Positions 16,960-27,599 of a stretch of DNA of 32,000 nt are shown here, in pieces. Positions within the stretch are counted from its first letter, which is position 1. Each line of letters begins with the position of its first letter. The notes under the pieces are model-generated. The model was not told the origin of the DNA. It ran no database searches and saw only the letters and a program-made list of their open reading frames with translations. The stretch lies in sequence record CM055507.1; one strand, given 5' to 3'. Both the position numbers and the translations under genes were made by a program.

Positions 16960-18486
16960 TTACACAGATTGGCGACGAGTTGAAGTATCACCAAGTTTTA
17001 AGAATGCACCAAATTCTACTTGTTCATCTAAATCTGCATCAATACCTGCAAATACATCGCGGAAAATTGTTCGCGCACCATGCCAGATATGACCAAAGAA
17101 GAAAAGAAGGGCAAAACATAAATGTGCAAACGTAAACCAACCACGTGGGCTTGTACGGAATACACCATCTGATTGTAGAGTTGCACGATCAAATTCGAAA
17201 ATTTCTCCTAATTGAGCACGTCGGGCATACTTTTTAACTGTTGCTGGATCACTAAATGTTACACCATCTAATTCACCACCGTAGAATGTTACAGAAACGC
17301 CTACTTGTTCAATACTGTATTTAGATTCAGAACGACGGAAAGGAACATCCGCACGGACAATGCCATCTTTATCTACAAGAACTACAGGGAATGTTTCAAA
17401 GAATGTAGGCATACGACGAACGAAAAGCTCGTTACCTTGTTTATCTTTGAAAACAGCATGACCTAACCAGCCGACTGCAATACCATCTCCACTGTTCATA
17501 GCACCTGCACGGAAAAGACCACCTTTAGCAGGGTTGTTTCCGATGTAATCGTAGAATGCTAATTTTTCAGGAATTTCTGCCCAAGCTTGTGATGCAGATT
17601 TGCCTTCAGAAAGACTTGTTTGTACACGACGTTCGATTTCTTGTTGGAAGAAACCTAAATCCCACTGATAACGAGTAGGACCAAAAAGTTCAATTGGCGT
17701 TGCAGCACTACCGTACCACATAGTACCTGATACAACAAAAGCTGCCCAGAATACTGCTGCAATACTGCTAGAAAGTACTGTTTCAATGTTACCCATACGA
17801 AGACCATTATATAGTCTTTGTGGCGGACGAACACAAAGGTGGAATAAGCCTGCTAAAACACCTAAAATTCCTGCAGCAATGTGGTGAGCTGAAACCCCAC
17901 CTGGGTTATAAGGATCAAATCCTGTAGCATCCCAAGAAGGAGCTACTGCTTGAACAGTCCCTGTAATGCCATAAGGATCTGAAACCCAGATACCAGGACC
18001 AAAGACACCTGTTACGTGGAAAGCTCCAAAGCCAAAACAAAGAAGACCTGATAAAAATAAATGGATACCAAAAATTTTTGGAAGATCTAAAGCTGGATTT
18101 GACGTTCTTGGATCACGGAAAAGTTCAAGATCCCAATATACCCAATGCCAAATAGATGCAGCAAAAAGTAAACCTGATAAAATAATGTGAGATGCAGCAA
18201 CACCTTCATAACTCCAGATACCTGGATTTGCTGCTGTTTCGCCACTAATAGTCCAGCCACCCCATGATTGAGTGATACCTAAGCGTGTCATAAAAGGTAG
18301 TACAAACATACCTTGACGCCACATTGGATTTAAAACTGGATCAGAAGGATCAAATACAGCAAGCTCGTAAAAAGCCATTGAACCTGCCCAACCAGAAACT
18401 AATGAAGTATGCATTAAATGTACAGCAATTAAACGACCTGGATCATTTAAAACTACTGTATGAACACGATACCATGGTAAACCCAT
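16960..18486 (-). CDS. psbB: Photosystem II CP47 chlorophyll apoprotein
   Basis: 508 aa, [27 protein letters not shown]...; full-length CP47. Confidence 0.99.
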   Translation of the reverse strand: MGLPWYRVHTVVLNDPGRLIAVHLMHTSLVSGWAGSMAFYELAVFDPSDPVLNPMWRQGMFVLPFMTRLGITQSWGGWTISGETAANPGIWSYEGVAASHIILSGLLFAASIWHWVYWDLELFRDPRTSNPALDLPKIFGIHLFLSGLLCFGFGAFHVTGVFGPGIWVSDPYGITGTVQAVAPSWDATGFDPYNPGGVSAHHIAAGILGVLAGLFHLCVRPPQRLYNGLRMGNIETVLSSSIAAVFWAAFVVSGTMWYGSAATPIELFGPTRYQWDLGFFQQEIERRVQTSLSEGKSASQAWAEIPEKLAFYDYIGNNPAKGGLFRAGAMNSGDGIAVGWLGHAVFKDKQGNELFVRRMPTFFETFPVVLVDKDGIVRADVPFRRSESKYSIEQVGVSVTFYGGELDGVTFSDPATVKKYARRAQLGEIFEFDRATLQSDGVFRTSPRGWFTFAHLCFALLFFFGHIWHGARTIFRDVFAGIDADLDEQVEFGAFLKLGDTSTRRQSV

Positions 18487-18543
18487 CGCAATTCTCTCTT
18501 TTTTTTGGTTTTTTTACTTTCTTTCTTTTCATGTGAAGTTCTT

Positions 18544-18562
18544 CCAAAAACGGAGTTTTTGG
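18544..18562. repeat. SDR family A hairpin in the psbB 5' leader
   Basis: ccaaaaac-gga-gtttttgg, about 60 nt upstream of the psbB ATG. Confidence 0.85.
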
Positions 18563-18577
18563 GGCCAGCATTTTTTA

Positions 18578-18600
18578 TGAGAAAACACGATTTTTTCTCA
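18578..18600. promoter_or_regulatory. 8-bp hairpin in the psbB upstream region
   Basis: tgagaaaa-cacgatt-ttttctca. Confidence 0.4.
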
Positions 18601-19383
18601 CTTAAATAAACGTGAAACCTCACACTTAGTTTTTCTTCTTTCTAGTATAACACAGCTTTGTTTTTTCTTGTAAGTTTTTAGTAAATTTAATTCTTGAGTA
18701 TAGATTTTTTTGTGAAAAAAAAAAATGAAGATCCAATCAAACTCAAAAAATTTCAAAAAAACCAGAAGTTTAAGATTATCTGTCCAGAGCTAGGAGTTTG
18801 TTTATTCTGATTGTAAGGCAACCTAATACTTTTACAGTGCTATTCCAGAATACTATACATATACCAGAACAACGTTTAAGGTTCAATTACAAACCCAGTG
18901 TTAAAAAAGGTCTTTCACTAAATTTTTTAATAAAACAGTCCCCAAAAATTTTTACAAAAGTTCTACAGAAACTTTTTATTTAACTCCATTTCTAGATTTC
19001 TTAAAATTTTCACAATTATTTTTTCGTAATTTTCTCCAATCGTTTCCCTATTCAGTTCTGTAATTAAATTTTTTAACGAAAACCGCTTTTTTGCTGACTT
19101 TAATCTCAATAAGTTTCTGAGAAAAAAAGGTTAGGCCTATGACAAAGTTTTCAAATTCTAGAGGACCACTTGTTTCCTCTGAATCTCAACTGTGTAGAAT
19201 TTCTTTTTTAATCAAATAACAGAGGCAGATATGAAGTAAACGTGGAAGGGCGTTTTTTCCCGAGTTAATTTTTTTCCTTTAATTTTTTCTTATTTTCCAG
19301 TATACTAAATCATAGATCTTTAGTTTTAGTATTCTATCAAAAACTTAAGGAAAATTTTTTAAACAATTTAAACAAATATTACT

Positions 19384-19989
19384 ATGCCAATTGGTGTTCC
19401 TAAAGTCCCTTTTCGTTTACCTGGTGAACCGTCAGCACAATGGGTTGACTTATATAACCGATTATATCGCGAACGTGTGTTGTTTCTTTGTCAAGAATTA
19501 GATGATGAGTTGGCAAATCAACTGATCGGAATTATGCTGTATTTAAATGCAGAAGAACAAAATAAAGGCCTGTATATATATATAAATTCTCCGGGTGGTT
19601 CTGTAACCTGTGGCATTGCAGTTTACGATGCAATGAATTATATAAAATCAGAAGTTACTACAATTTGTGTAGGAACAGCAGCATCAATGGCTTCTTTTAT
19701 TTTAGCTGGTGGTGATCGTGGGAAACGGATTGCTTTACCGCATTCGAGAATTATGATTCACCAACCCGAGGGGGGGAGTCAAGGTCAAGCTTCTGAAGTT
19801 CTTTCTGAATCTGAAGAAGTTATGCGAATTCGTCGACAAGTTGGACGGATTTATTCTGAACGTACTGGGCAACCACTTAGTAGGATTTCTAGAGATATGG
19901 ATCGAGATCAATTTCTTTCTGCCCGTGAAGCAAAAGACTATGGTCTTGTTGATCAAGTAGCTGTAGATACAAAATGGTCTACGACTTAA
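19384..19989 (+). CDS. clpP: ATP-dependent Clp protease proteolytic subunit
   Basis: 201 aa, [15 protein letters not shown]...[18 protein letters not shown]...[14 protein letters not shown]...IMIHQP (Ser-His catalytic context); no introns or insertion. Confidence 0.97.
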   Translation: MPIGVPKVPFRLPGEPSAQWVDLYNRLYRERVLFLCQELDDELANQLIGIMLYLNAEEQNKGLYIYINSPGGSVTCGIAVYDAMNYIKSEVTTICVGTAASMASFILAGGDRGKRIALPHSRIMIHQPEGGSQGQASEVLSESEEVMRIRRQVGRIYSERTGQPLSRISRDMDRDQFLSAREAKDYGLVDQVAVDTKWSTT

Positions 19990-20538
19990 AAAAGTTACCT
20001 TTTTTTTTAGCCCCCTTCGTTTTCCCACAAACAAGGTTTGCGGGACCTTCTTTTAGATTTGCTCTTTTTAACTCTGAAACCTCCTGTTAAATAATAGACT
20101 AAATCTGGTCTTAAACCCATTCTTAATTCTTTAGAGAGATTTCGGAACAAGGTTACGACAAGAGTTGGACGTTATTCAGGAAAAAGCTTATTTCGAATAA
20201 AAACGTTTAGTTTTTAGCCTAATTGTGGTCTAACTAGTTTTCATGCTTCTATCAACACCCAAAAATTTGGTTGGTCAGACTGTTCCAAAAATGAAATTTT
20301 TAATACCAAAATCGTTCTTACAATGCTTATTAGGAAATGATTTTTTTATTGTAAATGTTAGAGTAGAATCTGCTCCTTTTCCTCATTTTTAAGCTAGCCC
20401 CAAAACTTCATTTTTGGGAATCTTTCTAAGATCTTTTTAGGATAAAATGTCATTTTTTTATAAATACTAATTTTTAACTTTTTGACCAATAAAATTTTTG
20501 AGAAAAATAAGCGTGTTTAAAACTCTCAAATTCAATTT

Positions 20539-21186
20539 ATGGGTAAAGTTTACGATTGGTTTGAAGAACGTCTTGAAATTCAATCCATTGCTGATGATAT
20601 TTCTAGTAAATATGTTCCACCACATGTAAATATTTTTTATTGTATTGGTGGTATTACATTTACATGTTTTTTAGTTCAAGTAGCAACAGGGTTTGCGATG
20701 ACATTTTATTATCGTCCTACAGTTGCAGAAGCTTTTGCTTCGGTTCAATACATTATGACTGACGTTAATTTTGGTTGGTTAATCCGATCTATTCATCGTT
20801 GGTCTGCAAGTATGATGGTTCTCATGATGGTTCTTCATGTATGCCGAGTATATTTAACAGGTGGATTTAAAAAACCGCGTGAGCTTACTTGGGTTACAGG
20901 TGTAATTATGGCTGTATGTACTGTTTCATTTGGTGTAACTGGTTATTCACTACCTTGGGACCAAGTTGGTTACTGGGCGGTAAAAATTGTAACTGGTGTA
21001 CCTGATGCGATTCCAGGCGTTGGTCCAGCCTTAGTGGAACTTTTACGTGGGGGTGTTGGTGTAGGACAAGCAACATTAACGCGTTTTTATAGTCTTCATA
21101 CTTTTGTATTACCGCTTTTAACTGCAGTTTTCATGTTAATGCACTTTTTAATGATTCGTAAACAAGGGATTTCTGGACCACTATAA
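20539..21186 (+). CDS. petB: Cytochrome b6
   Basis: 215 aa, [38 protein letters not shown]...; intron-less. Confidence 0.99.
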   Translation: MGKVYDWFEERLEIQSIADDISSKYVPPHVNIFYCIGGITFTCFLVQVATGFAMTFYYRPTVAEAFASVQYIMTDVNFGWLIRSIHRWSASMMVLMMVLHVCRVYLTGGFKKPRELTWVTGVIMAVCTVSFGVTGYSLPWDQVGYWAVKIVTGVPDAIPGVGPALVELLRGGVGVGQATLTRFYSLHTFVLPLLTAVFMLMHFLMIRKQGISGPL

Positions 21187-21196
21187 AGAAACCCTT

Positions 21197-21218
21197 TTTC
21201 CAAAAAATTTTTTGGAAA
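21197..21218. promoter_or_regulatory. 22-nt perfect palindrome in the petB-petD spacer
   Basis: tttccaaaaaa|ttttttggaaa, 11 nt after the petB stop. Confidence 0.55.
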
Positions 21219-21250
21219 TTAAGTAAAAATTTTTGCCTTTTTTTACTTAA
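21219..21250. promoter_or_regulatory. 11-bp stem, 10-nt loop hairpin in the petB-petD spacer
   Basis: ttaagtaaaaa-tttttgcctt-tttttacttaa. Confidence 0.5.
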
Positions 21251-21281
21251 CAAGTTCATATTTAATTAATGGAGATTTTTT

Positions 21282-21764
21282 ATGGCAGTTACTAAAAAAC
21301 CAGATTTATCAGATCCTGTATTACGCGCAAAACTTGCGAAAGGCATGGGCCATAATTATTATGGGGAACCTGCATGGCCTAATGATTTACTCTATATTTT
21401 CCCAGTGGTAATTTTTGGAACTTTCGCTTGCGTAATTGGTTTATCAGTTTTAGACCCAGCAGCAATTGGTGAACCAGCAAACCCTTTTGCAACACCTCTA
21501 GAAATTTTACCAGAATGGTATTTCTATCCTGTTTTCCAAATTTTACGAGTAGTTCCTAATAAACTTTTAGGCGTACTTTTAATGGCAGCTGTTCCAGCAG
21601 GTTTATTAACAGTTCCTTTTATCGAAAATATTAATAAATTTCAAAACCCATTTCGTCGTCCAGTAGCAACAACTGTATTTTTAATTGGTACAGTTGCAGC
21701 AATTTGGTTAGGAATTGGTGCAGCATTACCTATTGATATCTCATTAACTTTAGGTTTATTTTAA
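21282..21764 (+). CDS. petD: Cytochrome b6/f complex subunit IV
   Basis: 160 aa, ...[28 protein letters not shown]...[16 protein letters not shown]...; intron-less. A GGAG lies 8 nt upstream of the ATG. Confidence 0.99.
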   Translation: MAVTKKPDLSDPVLRAKLAKGMGHNYYGEPAWPNDLLYIFPVVIFGTFACVIGLSVLDPAAIGEPANPFATPLEILPEWYFYPVFQILRVVPNKLLGVLLMAAVPAGLLTVPFIENINKFQNPFRRPVATTVFLIGTVAAIWLGIGAALPIDISLTLGLF

Positions 21765-21809
21765 ATAAATTTTAAACTAATTCTTTTTTTCAAAACTCTT
21801 TTTTGTTCC

Positions 21810-21836
21810 GGTCCCAAAATGCTTTATTTTGGGACC
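21810..21836. repeat. SDR family A variant hairpin
   Basis: ggtcccaaaat-gcttt-attttgggacc, perfect 11 bp; 46 nt after the petD stop. Confidence 0.9.
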
Positions 21837-21850
21837 ATTCTCCTTATAGC

Positions 21851-21871
21851 CCCAAATTGTTCAAATTTGGG
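21851..21871. repeat. SDR family B hairpin
   Basis: cccaaatt-gttca-aatttggg. Confidence 0.88.
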
Positions 21872-22288
21872 AACAGGACTAAAATAAGATTTAAGGAAGG
21901 GGTTTGAATCAAATGGTCTTTTACAATTTTTTTAACCCATAAAAAACAAAGAAATTTTTTGTTAAACTCATCCAAGAAAAAATTTTTAGTATAGACTGTT
22001 AATAAGATTTTCATTATTTACCTATCAATCTGTCCAAATTTTTGTTAGTAAAAAATCGACACAATAAAGCTTTTTATGGTATCATACCGTTACGAGATTC
22101 ATCACTCTGTATAAATCAATCGAAAATCATGTCAGAACTGAAAAGAAGCAGCATTAAAGGTTGATAATTATACGAGAGTTGGCTTTGATTTATCACCAAA
22201 GCTGGGTGAATCTCTTTTTTTTTTAACTTTATCTTATTTTTTTTCTGTTCTACTAAATACAATAATTTTATGAAATTTTTGGAACTAC

Positions 22289-22305
22289 CAAATTTTGAAA
22301 ATTTG
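22289..22305. repeat. Degenerate family B core
   Basis: caaatttt-g-aaaatttg. Confidence 0.6.
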
Positions 22306-22738
22306 ATTCACCGTTTGGCAAAAAAAAGGAAAGATATAAAATCTTAAAAAAATAAACTTATAATACAAACCCAATTATAAAAAATAGCTAGAGATAAAAA
22401 GAACTTTACACAGAAAACATCTATTTTGTTTTTTATATTTCATTCTTGATGACACTAGTTTACTTATGTTAGGAGAATCTTTACTAACAAAGTTGTTTTG
22501 CCTGCTTTGGTTAAAAATGAGTCAAGTGTAAATTGAAAAATGGGAAAGGTGAGGCTTTTAAATACCGGAAATTTTTTTTCTTTAACTCTCATAAAAAAAC
22601 AAAATTGGCCAGTTCCAAACAAACAATGTTTTTGGGACTATATGGAAAAATTGAAAAAGGTAGATATTTTAAATTCGCATTTATTTCTAGTTTTTAACCA
22701 TAGACGTAAAAATAAACTTCGATTATTTTGTGATTTTG

Positions 22739-22761
22739 TGACAAAAAAGATGTTTTTGTCA
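22739..22761. repeat. SDR family A variant (TGACAAAAA type)
   Basis: tgacaaaaa-agatg-tttttgtca. Confidence 0.85.
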
Positions 22762-23121
22762 TACGTTGAATTTATTTTTTACGTTTTGGGGTATATTACG
22801 AACAGACTTCAAAAGAAAAACTAGAGCAGTGTCAAAAAAAGAAAAATATTTATTTTTCTTTTTTTGGCATTTGATGCACGTTTCAATTATCCCTAATTGG
22901 ATTAATTCGGTGAACTCAACTCGACTTCCGAAAACACTGGTTGTGAGATAAGCTAGCCTCACAAGCAAATTTTGTGATAGAGCTGGTGAAAAAAATAAAG
23001 TTTTTGTCATTGGGTTCCCCTTATTTAAATTTGGGACCAACTCGACAGTTTTTAATTTTACTTTTCTAGTTTCGCTTTATTCGTGCTCTCAGTCTTAAAA
23101 ACTCCAAATTCTCTATATATT

Positions 23122-23193
23122 AGGCGGCACCCAGATTCGAACTGGGGGATAGAGGATTTGCAATCCACTGCCTTACCACTTGGCTATACCGCC
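23122..23193 (-). tRNA. trnC: tRNA-Cys (GCA)
   Basis: The reverse complement reads ggcggtatagccaagtggtaaggcagtggattgcaaatcctctatcccccagttcgaatctgggtgccgcct; anticodon GCA. There is one U-U mismatch in the anticodon stem. Confidence 0.9.
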
Positions 23194-23319
23194 TTCAAGC
23201 TTTCGAACCTCTTGATATGTCAGGTCGTTTTCACTTAAACGTTTATGACTTTCTAAGAAAAAGAAACTTTCTATGTTGATATTATCATAAATGTTTCAAA
23301 AATTATAGATTTTAACGAA

Positions 23320-26300
23320 ATGAGTTTTAACCTAAAATTGTTACACAAAAAAAACCTAAGAACAAAATTAGTCCCAAATTCATCCAATTTGGGAAATGTA
23401 CAGGTTCAAGGAAAAGAAAACAGCTCTTCCCAAAATCTTTGTATTGATTCCTCTGAAACGATCCTTGTTACATCTAAAGAATTTGACACTAAAAAGCATT
23501 ATTCAAATTTTACTTTTTCTACGGAAATTCCAAATCTTATAGATGTACAACGACAAAGTTTTTATTCGTTTCTTGAACATGGCATAAAAACTGCTTTTCA
23601 AGACCCTCTTTATTTCTCTAACGCAACTCATACTTTAGAAATCCAATTTTTCCCTAAATGGATTCAATATCAAAAACCAGATTTTAATCAAAAACAAGCA
23701 TTTATTTTAGGAAAAACTTATGGGTCCTCTGTTTATATACCTGTTGGAATTAAATCAAGTCATTCAGCAGAGTTGAAAGTAGAATGGCTTCTTATCGGAG
23801 TCTTACCATTAATGACAAAGCACGGTCATTTTATAATTAATGGAATTCCTCGAGTAATCTTACATCAAATGGTTCGAAATCCCGGTATTTACATGATCCC
23901 ACGTGATTCTCGAACCCAAACAGCAACAGTTCGAATAGTTCCTGAAAAAGGAGGTTGGATAAATTTGACTGTTGACAAAAAAAATCGCTTATGGTTTTCT
24001 ACACGTTCTTTACGCCGAAAAGTTTCTCTTCTTGTTTTTTTACAAGCACTAGGACTTTCCCGCAGTGATCTTTTTCAACGTCTTGAACATTCTGAAATTC
24101 TTGTAAATAGCTATGTTAACGAGTTATCTTTAACCAAAAAAAGTCCAGATGTGGAAACTTTGTTAATTGGAAAAACTCGTCATGACAAGATTTTAATTCG
24201 AGCTGGTTTAAATGGACATCCTCGTACTCAACTGGAAGCTTGGCAATATTTATATGCACATTTTCTTGAATATAGCCCATATGCTAGAGATGAATCTCTA
24301 ACTGAACAGACTATTCGAGACTTTTTTTGGAATACACTTTGGAATAAAAAAACGCTTGTTTTAGGAAAAATTGGTCGCCAGCAATTTCGAGAAAAGATTG
24401 GAAGTCCTGAACCTTTAAATGAATATTCGCTTACAGTTGAGGATCTATTAGGAGCTACTCAAGCTTTATTGAGTCTCATTTATAAAGAAAGACTTGGCGA
24501 CGAAATTGATAGTTTAACACAAAAACGAATTCGTGGATGTAACGAGTTTTTACTGGAACAATTAAATCGTGCAATAAAAGAATTTGAAGTGTTTTTTACA
24601 AGAAAAGTCAGCACCTTACCGGTGACAAAATCAAGCTTTTCTGAGCAAAACCCTATAGAAACTCTTTGGCGACAAAATAAAACAGTTTTTTCAAAAACTG
24701 TTAGCAAATCTTGGAAAAGCTTTTTTACAAGTGGAACCTTAGCTCAATTTATGGATCAAACAAATCCATTAGCAGAAGCTACTCATAAACGTCGTCTTAC
24801 TGTTTTAGGTCCTGGAGGCGTAAGCAGCAAACAAACAACAATCCAAATTCGAGGCATTCATCCAACTTATTATGGTCGATTATGTCCAATTGAAACACCT
24901 GAGGGCCAGAATGCGGGTCTGGTAAATTCTTTTACTGTTCTCGCTACACCTTCAAATGATGGATTAGGCACTATTAATACACCTTTTTATCAAGTTTATA
25001 AAGGACAAGTTCAAAAACAATTACCCCCGCTTTTAGTGTCACCCCAACAAGAATATCACCATATCGGAGCTCCTGCTGATATTAGTTTGACACAATGGAA
25101 TGTTTTACCCAAACTTTCTCTTCCGGTACGAAAAGAATTAAATTTTGACTATGAGGTGTCAACTCGAATTACTACACAATCGGTTGGGATTTTACAAAAT
25201 ATTTCGGTAGCTACCAGTTTAATTCCTTTTTTAGAGCATGACGACGCAAACAGAGCTCTCATGGGATCAAATATGCAACGTCAAGCAGTTCCCCTTATAA
25301 GACCAGAAACACCACTAGTTGGTACAGGACTCGAAACGCGAGTTGTATCTGATGTAAATCACGTAATTCATGCTTCTCATAGCGGTTACATTAGTAATGT
25401 AAATTCTCTAAGAATTAAAACCCTTACTCCTAATATTGTAAATCTTCAAAAATGTAAATTGTTTAACTTTGTCACAACCAGAGATTCGAGTTCTAAAAAA
25501 ATTTTTAATTTATCGAATTTTGTTAGTGGAACAAAATTAAGTCCAGGTTCGTCTATCTTTTTTTCCTCCAAAATTTCTGGTAATAAAAACCTTTTAAATA
25601 GCACGAAAATAGAAATTTTTGGCACACGATCTCAGATCAAAAGACTTGCAAATAGTTTTGAAAAACAAACTGACAAAAAAACACAAAACTTTGAGAATTT
25701 ATTTAAGTGGAATAAAACAAAACAATCAACTTCTTCCCAAATTTTGGAAAAATTTGGGACCAATTCACTTTCAAAACTCAGTATCAATTCTTGTCCAAAA
25801 TCTGGGTGTGAAATACAAAGATTTGAGAAGAAACTTGGGAATGGGTTTACTACAAAGCAGAAAAATGAATTTAGAACTGAAAAAACATATCCTTTGACTC
25901 GGTATCAACGTACGAATCAAAGTACGTGTATTTCGGAAAGACCTATTCTTTCCGAAACTTCGTGGATTGAAAAAGGTGATATTATTGCTGATGGAGCTGC
26001 AAGTTCACGTGGAAAACTTGCTATTGGGCAAAATGTTATAGTAGCCTATCTACCTTGGGAAGGCTATAATTTTGAAGATGCTATTTTAATCAGTCAAAGA
26101 TTAGTAGATGAAGATATTTTTACTTCTCTTCATATTGATCATTACGATATTGAAGTTAAAAATACACAACATGGGTTAGAAATTATCACCAATCAAATTC
26201 CACTTAAAATCGATGAATCAACACGCGATATTTTAAAAATTGAAAAATTAAATTCAAAGGGTTTGGTTGAAATTGGGAGTTGGGTTGAAGAAGGAGATTA

Positions 26301-27339
26301 TTTAGTTGGAAAAATTAGTCCACTTAATCCAAAAGGACCTTCTGTCGAACATCAATATGAAAAGCTGTATAACGTAATTATGCAGCGAGAAAAAACAAAT
26401 TTCCGAAATACAAGTTTACGTGTCCCAAAAGGCGTGGAAGGTTTCGTTTTAGATGTACAAATTTTACCATCCCGAGAACCTGATGTGGCTGCTTTAGCGG
26501 AAAAAAATTCAATTTTAAGAGTTCGCGTTATTCTATTACAAAGACGAAGAATTCAAGTTGGTGATAAAATGGCAGGCCGCCATGGAAATAAAGGAATTGT
26601 TTCAAATATTTTGCCATGTCATGATATGCCGTATTTGCCGGATGGAACACCTGTAGATATCGTTTTGAATCCATTAGGGGTCCCTTCACGTATGAATGTA
26701 GGGCAAATTTTAGAATGTCTTTTAGGTTTAGCTGGGCGTTATTTAAGAGAAAGCTATACCAGCAATTTATTTGATGAAAAATTTGGTGCAGAAGCGTCTA
26801 GAAGTCTTGTCTATTCAAAACTGTACGAAGCTTCTATTAAAACAGCAAATTCCTGGTTATTTGAACCTCATCATCCAGGGAAAATCAAATTGTTCGACGG
26901 TCGAACTGGCATCCCTTTTGATCAACCGGTTACTGTTGGCTGTGCTTATATTTTAAAATTAGTTCATTTAGTCGATGATAAAATTCATGCGCGAGCAACT
27001 GGGCCTTATTCTGCAGTGACACAACAACCTGTAAGAGGACGTTCTCGAAATGGTGGTCAAAGATTAGGAGAAATGGAAGTTTGGGCATTACAGGCATATG
27101 GGGCAGCATACACATTACAAGAATTATTAACATTAAAGTCTGATGATGTCGAAGGAAGAAAACAAGCGGTGTTTCGTATTTATGCAAATAAAGCTTTAAC
27201 TTCTGGTCGACCAGAAAGTTTTAAAGTTTTACTTCGTGAATTACAAGCTTTATGTTTTGATCTTCAATTATATAGCAACCAGGAACCGAATGACCTTTCT
27301 GCACCGATACCATTAACAAAATTAGAAAATTTACTTTAA
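23320..27339 (+). CDS. rpoB: RNA polymerase beta subunit, with N-terminal extension and a large internal insertion
   Basis: 1339 aa. Conserved blocks: IPNLIDVQRQSFYSFLEHGI, GRLCPIETPEGQNAGLV, FLEHDDANRALMGSNMQRQAVPL, AYLPWEGYNFEDA, GDKMAGRHGNKGIVS, NVGQILE, GGQRLGEMEVWAL. The only in-frame ATG upstream of the first conserved block is at 23320. Confidence 0.96.
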   Translation: MSFNLKLLHKKNLRTKLVPNSSNLGNVQVQGKENSSSQNLCIDSSETILVTSKEFDTKKHYSNFTFSTEIPNLIDVQRQSFYSFLEHGIKTAFQDPLYFSNATHTLEIQFFPKWIQYQKPDFNQKQAFILGKTYGSSVYIPVGIKSSHSAELKVEWLLIGVLPLMTKHGHFIINGIPRVILHQMVRNPGIYMIPRDSRTQTATVRIVPEKGGWINLTVDKKNRLWFSTRSLRRKVSLLVFLQALGLSRSDLFQRLEHSEILVNSYVNELSLTKKSPDVETLLIGKTRHDKILIRAGLNGHPRTQLEAWQYLYAHFLEYSPYARDESLTEQTIRDFFWNTLWNKKTLVLGKIGRQQFREKIGSPEPLNEYSLTVEDLLGATQALLSLIYKERLGDEIDSLTQKRIRGCNEFLLEQLNRAIKEFEVFFTRKVSTLPVTKSSFSEQNPIETLWRQNKTVFSKTVSKSWKSFFTSGTLAQFMDQTNPLAEATHKRRLTVLGPGGVSSKQTTIQIRGIHPTYYGRLCPIETPEGQNAGLVNSFTVLATPSNDGLGTINTPFYQVYKGQVQKQLPPLLVSPQQEYHHIGAPADISLTQWNVLPKLSLPVRKELNFDYEVSTRITTQSVGILQNISVATSLIPFLEHDDANRALMGSNMQRQAVPLIRPETPLVGTGLETRVVSDVNHVIHASHSGYISNVNSLRIKTLTPNIVNLQKCKLFNFVTTRDSSSKKIFNLSNFVSGTKLSPGSSIFFSSKISGNKNLLNSTKIEIFGTRSQIKRLANSFEKQTDKKTQNFENLFKWNKTKQSTSSQILEKFGTNSLSKLSINSCPKSGCEIQRFEKKLGNGFTTKQKNEFRTEKTYPLTRYQRTNQSTCISERPILSETSWIEKGDIIADGAASSRGKLAIGQNVIVAYLPWEGYNFEDAILISQRLVDEDIFTSLHIDHYDIEVKNTQHGLEIITNQIPLKIDESTRDILKIEKLNSKGLVEIGSWVEEGDYLVGKISPLNPKGPSVEHQYEKLYNVIMQREKTNFRNTSLRVPKGVEGFVLDVQILPSREPDVAALAEKNSILRVRVILLQRRRIQVGDKMAGRHGNKGIVSNILPCHDMPYLPDGTPVDIVLNPLGVPSRMNVGQILECLLGLAGRYLRESYTSNLFDEKFGAEASRSLVYSKLYEASIKTANSWLFEPHHPGKIKLFDGRTGIPFDQPVTVGCAYILKLVHLVDDKIHARATGPYSAVTQQPVRGRSRNGGQRLGEMEVWALQAYGAAYTLQELLTLKSDDVEGRKQAVFRIYANKALTSGRPESFKVLLRELQALCFDLQLYSNQEPNDLSAPIPLTKLENLL
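23372..23394. repeat. SDR family B hairpin inside the rpoB N-terminal extension
   Basis: tcccaaatt-catcc-aatttggga, read in frame as VPNSSNLGN. Confidence 0.9.
25735..25759. repeat. SDR family B hairpin inside the rpoB internal insertion
   Basis: tcccaaatttt-gga-aaaatttggga, perfect 11 bp, read in frame as SQILEKFGT. Confidence 0.92.
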
Positions 27340-27599
27340 GTGTCTACTAAAACCGAGCTTTTTTTAGTGAACTTGGTTTATCTCTTAAGCCTTTCACAGA
27401 TTGGATCTACCTTTCGTTATTCTGATACCAAAAATCAAGTTTTTAGCACCAGAATTCGTCAAGGTTAATGCAATTAATAAGAATAAGAAACTGTACCCGT
27501 TTTTTTCGTAATTAGGAGTCAACTTTTTTTGTACAGGCTCTACTTGCCCCCAATTCGTTTGTTGTACCTAATTTTTCAAACAGTACGGTCCTCTTCTAC

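Noticed and set aside
22540-23040. ORFs 22540..22824 (+) and 22759..23040 (-) as real genes
   Set aside because: They overlap each other antisense, have no motif I recognise, are K/N/F-rich, and begin or end in repeat sequence. I kept the region only as a low-priority item to check, not as features.
25420-25880. An intein or homing-endonuclease insertion in rpoB
   Set aside because: There is no Cys/Ser-...-His-Asn splice-junction context and no LAGLIDADG, HNH or GIY-YIG motif. The composition is low-complexity, and the segment contains a spacer-type repeat.
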